Source of the DNA: a virus
Taxonomy: Duplodnaviria; Caudoviricetes
Virus record (IMG/VR): IMGVR_UViG_3300020045_003357
Location: 1 to 36,417 of that record
Strand: one strand, 5' to 3'
DNA length: 36,417 nt
The number at the start of each line of letters is the position of its first letter. The first letter of the stretch is position 1. The position numbers and the translations under genes were made by a program. The notes beneath the pieces are model-generated. The model did no database searches. It saw only the letters and a list, made by a program, of their open reading frames with translations, and was not told the DNA's origin. Below, in pieces: positions 6,249-14,262 of the stretch.

Positions 6249-6273
6249 CAGTATACAAACAGTGTGCTAGTAT
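6245..6273 (+). promoter_or_regulatory. Early promoter of the accessory operon
   Basis: TTGACA, 17 nt, TGcTAGTAT; SD AAAGGAGG follows. Confidence 0.8.
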
Positions 6274-6298
6274 TAAAGCATAACCAAAGGAGGCATAA

Positions 6299-6514
6299 GT
6301 GTCACAAACAAAAGAAGGTGTAGAAGTTCTCAAGGCAACAATGATTGAGAAGTATGGCTCATATGAGGCGTACTGTGCTTTTATGCGGAGTATTGGTGCA
6401 AAAGGCGGCAAGCTCGGAAAGAACGGTGGTTTTGCTGCCGGTGAAGCTGGCCGTGATCGCGCTCGTAAGTATGGTGCTATCGGTGGGCGCATAAGCAGGC
6501 GAAGGAGTAAATAA
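6299..6514 (+). CDS. KGG-repeat protein
   Basis: IGAKGGKLGKNGGFAA..ARKYGAIGGRISRR. Confidence 0.75.
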   Translation: MSQTKEGVEVLKATMIEKYGSYEAYCAFMRSIGAKGGKLGKNGGFAAGEAGRDRARKYGAIGGRISRRRSK

Positions 6515-6515
6515 C

Positions 6516-6593
6516 ATGGCATTCGGAGATGAAAACTGGCAACAATGGTTCGACTACGAGCTAGAGAAACGGTTAAATCCTAATGAAATGTAA
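6516..6593 (+). CDS. Hypothetical 25-aa peptide
   Basis: SD AAGGAG; MAFGDENWQQWFDYELEKRLNPNEM. Confidence 0.5.
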   Translation: MAFGDENWQQWFDYELEKRLNPNEM

Positions 6594-6717
6594 ATCAGGT
6601 AACTTCCATTGCCCAAACCCAGCCAAGAAAGATGGTTACTGCTTACCCCACTGGTACGCAAATAACCAGAGACTTGTGACCGTGTACGAACTAAATAACC
6701 TAAAGGAGCAACTATGA
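6583..6717 (+). CDS. Small Cys/His (Zn-finger-like) protein, 44 aa
   Basis: MKCKSGNFHCPNPAKKDGYCLPHW...; ATGA overlap with the next gene. Confidence 0.6.
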   Translation: MKCKSGNFHCPNPAKKDGYCLPHWYANNQRLVTVYELNNLKEQL

Positions 6718-7244
6718 AAATCAAGCTAAATGGCAACGAGCTAGAACTCACCGACGAACAAGCAAAAGAAATAGCCGAAAAGTATGGCTCTAAAAAAGAG
6801 ACAAAAGTAGTAGGTGTTGCAATCAAGTCTAGGTTTATTGAAGGTACTATAATATTCCAGTCAACCAAGACAACCCTAAAAGAAGCGGTACTTGAAGCTG
6901 TAGACAGTTGCGCGAACCTCAGTGGCGCGAATCTCAATGGCGCAGACCTCAGTTACGCGAACCTCAGTGGCGCGAATCTCAATGGCGCAGACCTCAGTTA
7001 CGCGAACCTCCGTGACGCGAACCTCCGTGCCGCGAACCTCAGTGACGCGAACCTCAGTGGCGCGAATCTCCGTGCCGCGAACCTCAGTGACGCGAACCTC
7101 AGTGGCGCGAATCTCCGTGCCGCGAACCTCCGTGGCGCAGAATTGGACAGCGCTAAGTTCTACGGCAGGGGTGGCACAAAAACTTTGAAGCAAAGCCAAC
7201 TGCCTGATTTTCTCGCAGCACTAGGGTTCGTGATAGAAGATTAA
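6714..7244 (+). CDS. Pentapeptide-repeat protein
   Basis: 16 tandem A(N/D/E)Lxx pentapeptides. Confidence 0.9.
   Translation: MKIKLNGNELELTDEQAKEIAEKYGSKKETKVVGVAIKSRFIEGTIIFQSTKTTLKEAVLEAVDSCANLSGANLNGADLSYANLSGANLNGADLSYANLRDANLRAANLSDANLSGANLRAANLSDANLSGANLRAANLRGAELDSAKFYGRGGTKTLKQSQLPDFLAALGFVIED
6912..7136 (+). repeat. 15-nt tandem repeat array with two exact 45-nt duplications
   Basis: 6912-6956 = 6957-7001 and 7032-7076 = 7077-7121. Confidence 0.9.
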
Positions 7245-7248
7245 CAAT

Positions 7249-7386
7249 CTGGGTGCGGTTTAGCCTACAGAACCGTAAATCGTTGGCGATTGGCAATCCA
7301 ACAGCCCAGTACATTAGGGGATAACGTTGCTCTGTAGATGGCTGAAATAATGCCACTGTTAGCGCAATGCGGAGCAACGCCCCTAA
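7249..7386 (+). ncRNA. Structured RNA cassettes F and G
   Basis: Three-way junction CTGGGT/GCCCAG with GCGGTT/AACCGT and GTTGG/CCAAC; then TTAGGGG/CCCCTAA plus 12-bp CGTTGCTCTGTA/TGCGGAGCAACG. Confidence 0.6.
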
Positions 7387-7424
7387 CAATGGAGAGTTAG
7401 CATGTGTGCGCGAGAGAGAACTAG

Positions 7425-7500
7425 CGAGGGGTGGTGTACAGCGTTCTGCACATCCTAGATGGCTAGGAAGGTTACGGTTCAACTCCGTACCCCTCGACCA
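7425..7500 (+). tRNA. Atypical tRNA (tRNA-Pro-like) with a collapsed anticodon loop
   Basis: CGAGGGG/CCCCTCG acceptor stem, A73, encoded CCA; T-arm TACGG-TTCAACT-CCGTA; anticodon arm TCCTAG-ATGG-CTAGGA has only a 4-6 nt loop; D-loop lacks GG. Confidence 0.75.
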
Positions 7501-7585
7501 ACAAGGCGTCATTACAAGTCACGCCTACAACTTGCGCACACTTTCTAGCCCCCCACAACCAAACTAACTAAGTAAAGGAGAGTAT

Positions 7586-7843
7586 ATGAGACTACTACAT
7601 AAACTACGTTGCACATTTGATGAACCCTACCGCATCCGCACAGGCTTTGGGCTCTCACCTATCCGCAACAACCGAGAACTCAAAGCCCTCGTACGCTTTT
7701 GTGAGGCTCAACTAACCGAAGAACACATGAAATATAACCCAGAGCTTGAAGAAGTGTTAGGCGAAACCGTGAGGCTCTACCGAGCAGATAGTTGTGACCT
7801 GCACGGTTACATTAACAACCATGTGGAATGGTACTGGAGTTAA
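7586..7843 (+). CDS. Hypothetical protein
   Basis: SD AAAGGAG; ORF track. Confidence 0.7.
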   Translation: MRLLHKLRCTFDEPYRIRTGFGLSPIRNNRELKALVRFCEAQLTEEHMKYNPELEEVLGETVRLYRADSCDLHGYINNHVEWYWS

Positions 7844-7845
7844 TC

Positions 7846-8163
7846 ATGACTAAAGCAAAAGACGAGCTAACCACTCAATCAGACAATACACTAGATGACC
7901 TAGTACTAGCTCTTTACTATACTGGTTTCGTAGATGGTCAAAACTATTCCGAGGACGGGAAAATAGACGAAGCATATATAGACAAGACTAAAGCAGCTCT
8001 CACCAAATGGCGTGATGATGCTATCGCCGCACAAAACTTAGCTCTACTTGATAGGCTAGAGAAACAACTCCCCGAGAAAAATGGAGCTGCGAAAATATCA
8101 CTCGCTTGGATGTATGAGACCATTCAATCAGAACGAGCCTTAATAGAAAAGAGGATGATGTGA
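7846..8163 (+). CDS. Hypothetical protein
   Basis: SD GGAG before ATG 7846; helical ORF. Confidence 0.7.
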   Translation: MTKAKDELTTQSDNTLDDLVLALYYTGFVDGQNYSEDGKIDEAYIDKTKAALTKWRDDAIAAQNLALLDRLEKQLPEKNGAAKISLAWMYETIQSERALIEKRMM

Positions 8164-8570
8164 GCAAACTGAAAATAGGTGACCATTTGTTTAGATACAC
8201 GGGTGTTTCAATTATGGAATACGAAGTGTACGGAGTGGTGAAAAGAGATGTCGGAACACTGTATGAGATACGGAGCCTAAGTTGTCGTGACCATGAAGCA
8301 TGTCAGGTACTTATAGCCGAAAGCAAGGAACGAGATGGATTTAAGTTTATTGACATGATTAGCCAAGAAGAACAGGGATACTGGCATGATGATAGTGACC
8401 CGTACCAACGATTTCAGCTTACAAAAAATGCAGCCGTCAAGCGTCGTATGGAGTGGACTATCAGCGTATGCGAAGAACAAAACCTAAAGAGCCAAGCCTC
8501 TATAGAAGCTAATACGAAAAAGATTAAGGAGATAGAAAGCTCTATCGAGGCGTTAGAAGAAACACTATGA
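8160..8570 (+). CDS. Hypothetical protein with C-terminal coiled coil
   Basis: GTGA coupling; ORF track. Confidence 0.7.
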   Translation: MSKLKIGDHLFRYTGVSIMEYEVYGVVKRDVGTLYEIRSLSCRDHEACQVLIAESKERDGFKFIDMISQEEQGYWHDDSDPYQRFQLTKNAAVKRRMEWTISVCEEQNLKSQASIEANTKKIKEIESSIEALEETL

Positions 8571-8607
8571 CCCCTCACAAACCACTAATAAGAAAGGATA
8601 AGTAGCA

Positions 8608-9105
8608 ATGAGCAAAGACCCTACAGCAATTCCGATTGACTTTGACCCCACTAAACAACGTATGGTTGGTCGTACATACCACGGTGGCGTCAATTTTGAT
8701 GTGCCGTTTATGACAAAGATTGCTGACAACTTATGGCAGGGCGGCTGTACTGATGGGCTGATATTGCCATCACACATCAATTTCATCGTGTCACTGTACC
8801 CATGGGAACGCTACACAATCAACCACAAAGTGCGTGGCGAACTGTATATTCGCATGTACGACGACCCGAACCAAGCAACCGACCAAATTGAAGATATTGC
8901 CGCACAGGTCAACAAGTGGCGTCAAAAAGGGCAAGTGCTTGTTCATTGCCAAGCTGGTTTGAATCGTTCAGGTCTTGTTGTTGGCAAAGCACTGATGCTT
9001 GAGGGTAGAACAGCAAGTGAAGCAATCAACATGATACGAAAAGAAAGGTCACCAGCGTGCTTGTGCAACGCAGCGTTTGAAAAACATCTCAGGAGTATAG
9101 AGTGA
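8608..9105 (+). CDS. Dual-specificity / protein-tyrosine phosphatase family protein
   Basis: VLVHCQAGLNRS (CX5R) P-loop; IADNLWQGG N-terminal motif; MYDD acid loop. Confidence 0.9.
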   Translation: MSKDPTAIPIDFDPTKQRMVGRTYHGGVNFDVPFMTKIADNLWQGGCTDGLILPSHINFIVSLYPWERYTINHKVRGELYIRMYDDPNQATDQIEDIAAQVNKWRQKGQVLVHCQAGLNRSGLVVGKALMLEGRTASEAINMIRKERSPACLCNAAFEKHLRSIE

Positions 9106-9245
9106 ATAACCCCCTAGAAACCCTATCAGGTCACGAACCGCACACAAGCTACGAGGAACATGCCAGACGAATTAGGGAGCGACTTGTGACAGAGCGATTA
9201 GCAAGAATAGTAATTAAAGGAGAAACAGATGTCAATAATAAATAA
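9102..9245 (+). CDS. Hypothetical 47-aa protein
   Basis: GTGA overlap with SD AGGAG; translated by hand. Confidence 0.5.
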   Translation: MNNPLETLSGHEPHTSYEEHARRIRERLVTERLARIVIKGETDVNNK

Positions 9246-9378
9246 ATTACGCAAGTTGTTTCATGTACACAAATACACCTGGACAAAGGAGACTAGAGAT
9301 TGGTTTTTCACAGGTGAGAAAAAGGGTCATATCGGTAGTAAATGCGTCAAGTGTGGTGAATTAAGCGATAAATTATAA
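9229..9378 (+). CDS. Small His/Cys Zn-ribbon-like protein (49 aa)
   Basis: SD AAAGGAG; KLFHVHKY...CVKCG. Confidence 0.6.
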   Translation: MSIINKLRKLFHVHKYTWTKETRDWFFTGEKKGHIGSKCVKCGELSDKL

Positions 9379-9421
9379 GCCGCACAACAAGTAGGTAAAG
9401 TAATTATTAAGGAGGTTACCC

Positions 9422-9799
9422 ATGACTAAAACAGCATCAAAAGAACTCTGTGCCGAGCTATATAAGCTTACGGGGTGGTGGGATATTGATTTTATGTACG
9501 AGCCAGAGGGTCATGTACAACTCCGCAAACCATCTAATCAGACAGAGCTACAATCGTATGTCAATCTTGGACGCACCCCTGCCTATTCCTGTGGGTATCT
9601 GCTAAGAAAACTGCCAGCACACATATCAATCGAGCTACAAAAGCGTGTCGAGTATGACGGTGGGTGGTCGTGGAACCTAGTCGCTCAATCACCAGACGGT
9701 TTTTACTGGGTCGAAGATGGCTTTTTAGAGGATTTGACCGCACAACTCTGCATCGAGCTAGTTAAACAAGGCATATTGCAAAGGGGAACACAGGAATGA
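9422..9799 (+). CDS. Hypothetical phage protein
   Basis: SD AAGGAGG; PAYSCGYLLRKLP segment. Confidence 0.75.
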   Translation: MTKTASKELCAELYKLTGWWDIDFMYEPEGHVQLRKPSNQTELQSYVNLGRTPAYSCGYLLRKLPAHISIELQKRVEYDGGWSWNLVAQSPDGFYWVEDGFLEDLTAQLCIELVKQGILQRGTQE

Positions 9800-10005
9800 G
9801 CAAGACAATTTTATGTATAGGTGGACGCTGTAGCGTTTACGGTAGTAATTGGAAGAAGCATTTTTACAATGGGGGCGAGACATGCCTAAGATGCGGTATG
9901 GATAGAAAAGAACAGTTTAATGAGGATAAGGCTATGCACTTGGTGACTGGTGCTTATATCCCCAACGAGCTTGACGCTCTTAAGAAGCAGAAGGAGAGGA
10001 AATGA
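9796..10005 (+). CDS. Hypothetical Cys-rich protein
   Basis: ATGA coupling; CLRCG. Confidence 0.65.
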   Translation: MSKTILCIGGRCSVYGSNWKKHFYNGGETCLRCGMDRKEQFNEDKAMHLVTGAYIPNELDALKKQKERK

Positions 10006-10223
10006 GAGTAAGAAAGTTTAGCGATAGCGAATATGGGTACACCATCAGGACTGTGTGGGCTGGAGGACACAAGTTCAAATCAGTCGTTATCTGGAAGTGT
10101 GACGAATGGCATTGGATTGAGATTGTAAATACCTCAAAATTACCGTTGAACGTACTACAACAAGCTCGAAAGATAGAAACAAATTGCGCCACACAACCTA
10201 CTAATAGGAGGAACAAGATATGA
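10002..10223 (+). CDS. Hypothetical protein
   Basis: ATGA coupling; SD AAGGAG. Confidence 0.6.
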   Translation: MRVRKFSDSEYGYTIRTVWAGGHKFKSVVIWKCDEWHWIEIVNTSKLPLNVLQQARKIETNCATQPTNRRNKI

Positions 10224-10453
10224 GCAAGTACAGAGTTGGCGAGCAAGTACACTTTATATATTCAGCGGGGGGCATAATCTCAGGGAAGATTTTACGAGTA
10301 AAAGTGCGCCGTATGCTACAAACAAAATATCTAGTAGGGTTCGGCGTAGGGGCTATGGGCGTGAGAACGTCTATCAGCAGTGAATGGGTGAAAGAGAGTT
10401 TTATTTTTCCTGGACACATGTCTATGGCTCCGGAGGAAAACCCCCATGAATAG
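10220..10453 (+). CDS. Hypothetical protein (SH3/KOW-like N-terminus)
   Basis: KYRVGEQVHF; SD AGGAGG. Confidence 0.6.
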   Translation: MSKYRVGEQVHFIYSAGGIISGKILRVKVRRMLQTKYLVGFGVGAMGVRTSISSEWVKESFIFPGHMSMAPEENPHE

Positions 10454-10955
10454 CACACCCCCTATCTCAGCCTGTTGCCAACAACCGATGCGAGTCGTTT
10501 CTGGAGGTGAGGGAACAAGTCACTATGTTTGTCTGTACTGTAGCAAACCTGCTGACCCATACACACACCCTACTACACCAGACACGAACCTAGACGCAAG
10601 ACGCTGTAAGAACTGTGGTGAGCCAAAATACTACACAACTCCTGGGCTGTGCAAAATATCTGAAAAGACTGGAATGAGAATGAGACATAACTTTCCGAAG
10701 GCTACCCCGCCCACACCCAATAGTGATACCACCCCTATCACAGAGGCTGAGATAATTGATGCAGTGCTTCTGTGGGCTAACTTTCGTAAACCAGGTCAAT
10801 ACAAAAAGATGCAGGCGCTCATCCATAAACGAGAAGTATTAGCTAGGGAAGACGAGCACACCTATATCAAATGGCAGCCGAATGAGAACATGTTTATCGA
10901 GAAACAAGCTGACCGCATAGCCGAGCTTACTAAGTCTATAGAGGAGGAGAAATAA
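10446..10955 (+). CDS. Hypothetical mosaic protein with two Zn-ribbons and Pro/Thr linkers
   Basis: SACCQ..YVCLYC; CKNCG..C..HNF. Confidence 0.65.
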   Translation: MNSTPPISACCQQPMRVVSGGEGTSHYVCLYCSKPADPYTHPTTPDTNLDARRCKNCGEPKYYTTPGLCKISEKTGMRMRHNFPKATPPTPNSDTTPITEAEIIDAVLLWANFRKPGQYKKMQALIHKREVLAREDEHTYIKWQPNENMFIEKQADRIAELTKSIEEEK

Positions 10956-11131
10956 TGGCTAAGTTACTAGGGCATTTGCAAAAGATGATACTAGCTATGA
11001 ATATCGGAGAGATAAAACAGCTCAATGCTGCATCTGACGGGTTCAGTATTAAGAGTTCGGCAATAAGGGCTGGGTGCAAGGTTATTGTTACCGAGACACG
11101 TACTGGGTGGCAGGTTGAACGTATTAAGTAG
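10955..11131 (+). CDS. Hypothetical 58-aa protein
   Basis: SD GAGGAG, TAATG coupling; translated by hand. Confidence 0.6.
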   Translation: MAKLLGHLQKMILAMNIGEIKQLNAASDGFSIKSSAIRAGCKVIVTETRTGWQVERIK

Positions 11132-11183
11132 AAAATAAGTATTTGTATACAATAAATAAGTTTCGTGATATAAAAAGGATATA

Positions 11184-11441
11184 ATGGTGGAGCTAAAATA
11201 CTCAGTCTATAAAAGCAAAAACATAACGTTTATAGTTTCACCAAAAAGAATATTCATACAGACATCTCTTGCTGAATATTATCTCGATCCAGAGGAATGG
11301 TATAACACTAGCGACATACCATTTATAATTTATCTTATCGAAAAAGGTAAAATCCATGACATGAAAACGCTCAGAGAAAAAATAGCCGGCAGGTTTTATC
11401 TACAAGCAACGCGGCGAAGGCATGAGTTATTAGAAATATGA
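11184..11441 (+). CDS. Hypothetical protein
   Basis: Preceded by extended -10 TGaTATAAA (11166-11174) and SD AAGGA. Confidence 0.65.
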   Translation: MVELKYSVYKSKNITFIVSPKRIFIQTSLAEYYLDPEEWYNTSDIPFIIYLIEKGKIHDMKTLREKIAGRFYLQATRRRHELLEI

Positions 11442-11677
11442 CTGACATACTCATCACAGCACTCGCAACCTATGGCATAAGCAGCATTGTGGCGCACTAC
11501 GATGGCCTAGGACAGGTTTTTATGAAGCTAAGGCAAAAGTACCCTACTTCTGCATTCACCTGTACTATATGCCTCGCTACGTGGGTAGCGATACCAATTG
11601 CAACACATCTTTCAATTGGAGTTGTTGGCTACCTTGCAGCCCTTGGCCTTATACTCATTGTAGAAAGAAACAAATGA
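11438..11677 (+). CDS. Small membrane protein with CxxC (DUF1360-like)
   Basis: Hydrophobic helices; FTCTICLATW. Confidence 0.65.
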   Translation: MTDILITALATYGISSIVAHYDGLGQVFMKLRQKYPTSAFTCTICLATWVAIPIATHLSIGVVGYLAALGLILIVERNK

Positions 11678-11850
11678 TTTTGTATATTTCATGTTTATGC
11701 GGCTATAACAAATTGCTTGCAAGCAAATATAAGGTAGACGGTTTTGAAATAAGAGCCACGAATCTTTCTAACGAGTGGCGTGATGAGGTAAAAGCGTATA
11801 GCCTAAAGCTCCCTTTCAAAGTGGTAGACGGAGTAGCAAGTGAAGCCTGA
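11674..11850 (+). CDS. Small hypothetical protein (possible glutaredoxin-like fold)
   Basis: MILYISCLCG..LPFKVVDG; ATGA coupling at 11674. Confidence 0.5.
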   Translation: MILYISCLCGYNKLLASKYKVDGFEIRATNLSNEWRDEVKAYSLKLPFKVVDGVASEA

Positions 11851-12508
11851 TGTTGTTTATCCATACTCAAAAAATAGCTCACATGAGTTAGAGTGGAGTA
11901 TTAAAAGCCTGAAAAACTTCGAACATTCAACAGTTTATATCATAGGCGATAAGCCAGAGTACAAAACAGAGGCAGTTGTTATACAACCTGAGATGTTACG
12001 CTGGGGAGGACTATCTCGGTATAACAACGTAATCAATAAATTACTACAAGCTTCAAAGATGAATATATCGGATGACTTTCTATTTATGAACGATGACATA
12101 TTTTTGCTTGAGCAATATTTTGGTGAAACATATGACAGGGGTAGTTTGCTAGAGCATATCAATTCAAGGCGGCATGACGAATACACTGTCGGGCTGCGTA
12201 ACACATATACTTGGCTCATTAGAAATGGTTATTCTACAAAAGACTATGAGACACACACACCAATACTATTCAACCGCAAAAAATTAGATGACTTAATACT
12301 TCGTATAATCCCGAATATTATGAACAATCACACCCTATTTATCAGAAGTCTCTATGGAAATGTGTATGATGTTCCGAGCGATACCATAGCTGATACAAAA
12401 AATCCAAAGAATTATACAGAGTACAAAATACTTAGCACTGATGAGGCTACATTTTCAGGCGAACTCGGCTTATTTATAAAGGAAACATTACGGAAGGAAG
12501 AAGTATGA
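11840..12508 (+). CDS. Stealth-like / GT-A nucleotide-sugar transferase
   Basis: DVVYPY..ELEWSIKSL..DDFLFMNDDIF..ETHTP resemble Stealth conserved regions. Confidence 0.6.
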   Translation: MKPDVVYPYSKNSSHELEWSIKSLKNFEHSTVYIIGDKPEYKTEAVVIQPEMLRWGGLSRYNNVINKLLQASKMNISDDFLFMNDDIFLLEQYFGETYDRGSLLEHINSRRHDEYTVGLRNTYTWLIRNGYSTKDYETHTPILFNRKKLDDLILRIIPNIMNNHTLFIRSLYGNVYDVPSDTIADTKNPKNYTEYKILSTDEATFSGELGLFIKETLRKEEV

Positions 12509-13179
12509 ATACAAAACTAGCGGTAGCAGTACCTTCAAGGGGAAGACCACATAACCTTAAAAGACTAGCCAAAGCATTACGGGGAACATGTACTGGTGAC
12601 TACGAGCTATTGGTAAGAATAGACGCAGATGATATTACAGCAAGCGAATATCTAAAGATTAAAAATGCAGATTTCACTCTTGGCGAGCGTATATTCTTTA
12701 CACTATCACTAGACGAGCTTGCACAAATTGCACTTGAGAGAGGTTTTACGCACTTAGCCATACTTGGGGATGATGTGCTGCCTGAAACAGTCGGCTGGGA
12801 TGAGAAGATGATACAAGCACTAGATAATAAACTCGGAGTAGTCTACGGGAGTGATGGCCTTGAGCATTTACATGGCAAAGATTTACCGACTCATGTTGTG
12901 GTACCCATTGAGATGTATAAAAGGCTTGGATGGATTGGCTTGCCAGGTAGCCGTCATTTATTCTGCGATAATGCCTGGAGAGAGCTAGGAAAGTTGACGC
13001 AATTTATTTACTTGAAAGACGTTAAACTTACTCATTTGCACCGCTGGAATAAAAAGGCACCCAATGACAAAACATACGAAGAAGCTAATGACAAAGTAAA
13101 GCGTGAGCTGGACAAAAAGGCTTTTGAAGATTGGCGTGATGGTGAAGGGCTACAACAGGCAAAAAAGGCACTACGATGA
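12505..13179 (+). CDS. Glycosyltransferase family 2-like (GT-A)
   Basis: LAVAVPSRGRP..IDADD..ILGDDVLP..HLFCDN. Confidence 0.8.
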   Translation: MNTKLAVAVPSRGRPHNLKRLAKALRGTCTGDYELLVRIDADDITASEYLKIKNADFTLGERIFFTLSLDELAQIALERGFTHLAILGDDVLPETVGWDEKMIQALDNKLGVVYGSDGLEHLHGKDLPTHVVVPIEMYKRLGWIGLPGSRHLFCDNAWRELGKLTQFIYLKDVKLTHLHRWNKKAPNDKTYEEANDKVKRELDKKAFEDWRDGEGLQQAKKALR

Positions 13180-14234
13180 AAACAGTTGTCGCATTATCTC
13201 ATGGGTACCCACCAGAATGGAATATGGGCGGTGAGGTGTCATTACATAGAATGCTACAAATGGTAAATGGTGAAAAACATGTCCTGACAAAGACGGATAC
13301 TCCATATATATTTGAGAGTGTAAATGTTCACAAAATAGATGCCGTCAATGTGCTAGATATACGAACTAGCCCAAGACCAATAGCAAATCAGCTAAACGAG
13401 CTAAAAGCAGATATAGTTATAGGGCAAAATGAGTTATCACTTGCTGCGGTTAATGCTGCAAAAATGATAGACGCAGTTTCAATTGTAAGTGTACATACAC
13501 CGCCAAGATACGGCCGCAACCTTGCTCAAGCACTAAGCGAAGCTGATTATGCAGTCTATAACACTAGAACGTCAGCTATTGAATGGGGAGAGCCTGAAGC
13601 AATAGTACTTCACCCACCAATAAGCCAACTACCAGAAAAAACGTATACAAAAGGTGATGCTTACACACTTCTATCCTCACTTAAAAATAAAGGCGTTGAA
13701 ACAGTCATTGAACTAGCAAAAAGATATAAAGACAAACGCTTCATAATAGTACGCTCACCAGCTGAACCTACTCACGGCCTTGCTAACTTAGAAGAAATAG
13801 TCAAAGATATACCAAACATTGAGTTGCACCCTAGGGTTGCCCCGGAAGAAGTAGAAAAGTATTTCAAGCAGACAAGAATACTCCTAGCACCGTCACGCTA
13901 TGAAACATACGGTATGTCAGCTATAGAAGCTGCCGGATATGGAATACCAACTGTGCATGTAGATACGCCACATGTTAGGGAAGGCATAGGAGATGGTGCA
14001 ATACTTGTTCCTGGTCTTGACGTGGACGCTACAGCTTATGGAATAGACACAATTGAAAGTAACTACGACCTGTATAGCTTAAATGCTAGAAAACGTGCTG
14101 AATGGTTAGATGCCAGACAGCAGATAGAAAGTTTGCAGTTCGCAGAGTTTATTGAAAATGTAGAAGCATTAGAACCAATGCAGTTACTCAAGCGTCGCAG
14201 AAATATGGCAATAAATACTAGAAGAATGTACTAA
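13176..14234 (+). CDS. Glycosyltransferase family 4-like (GT-B)
   Basis: HGYPP..GGE; NKG; PSRYETYGMSAIEAAGYGIP (EX7E motif). Confidence 0.85.
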   Translation: MKTVVALSHGYPPEWNMGGEVSLHRMLQMVNGEKHVLTKTDTPYIFESVNVHKIDAVNVLDIRTSPRPIANQLNELKADIVIGQNELSLAAVNAAKMIDAVSIVSVHTPPRYGRNLAQALSEADYAVYNTRTSAIEWGEPEAIVLHPPISQLPEKTYTKGDAYTLLSSLKNKGVETVIELAKRYKDKRFIIVRSPAEPTHGLANLEEIVKDIPNIELHPRVAPEEVEKYFKQTRILLAPSRYETYGMSAIEAAGYGIPTVHVDTPHVREGIGDGAILVPGLDVDATAYGIDTIESNYDLYSLNARKRAEWLDARQQIESLQFAEFIENVEALEPMQLLKRRRNMAINTRRMY

Positions 14235-14262
14235 GGCAAGAATTAAGTATATAATAAATATT

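Noticed and set aside
6876-7199. Repetitive ORFs in alternative frames, or a CRISPR array
   Set aside because: These are shadows of the 15-nt pentapeptide codon repeats; there are no unique spacers
7367-7567. 66-aa ORF and the overlapping 7153-7512 minus-strand ORF
   Set aside because: They overlap the tRNA-like gene and paired stems; no SD
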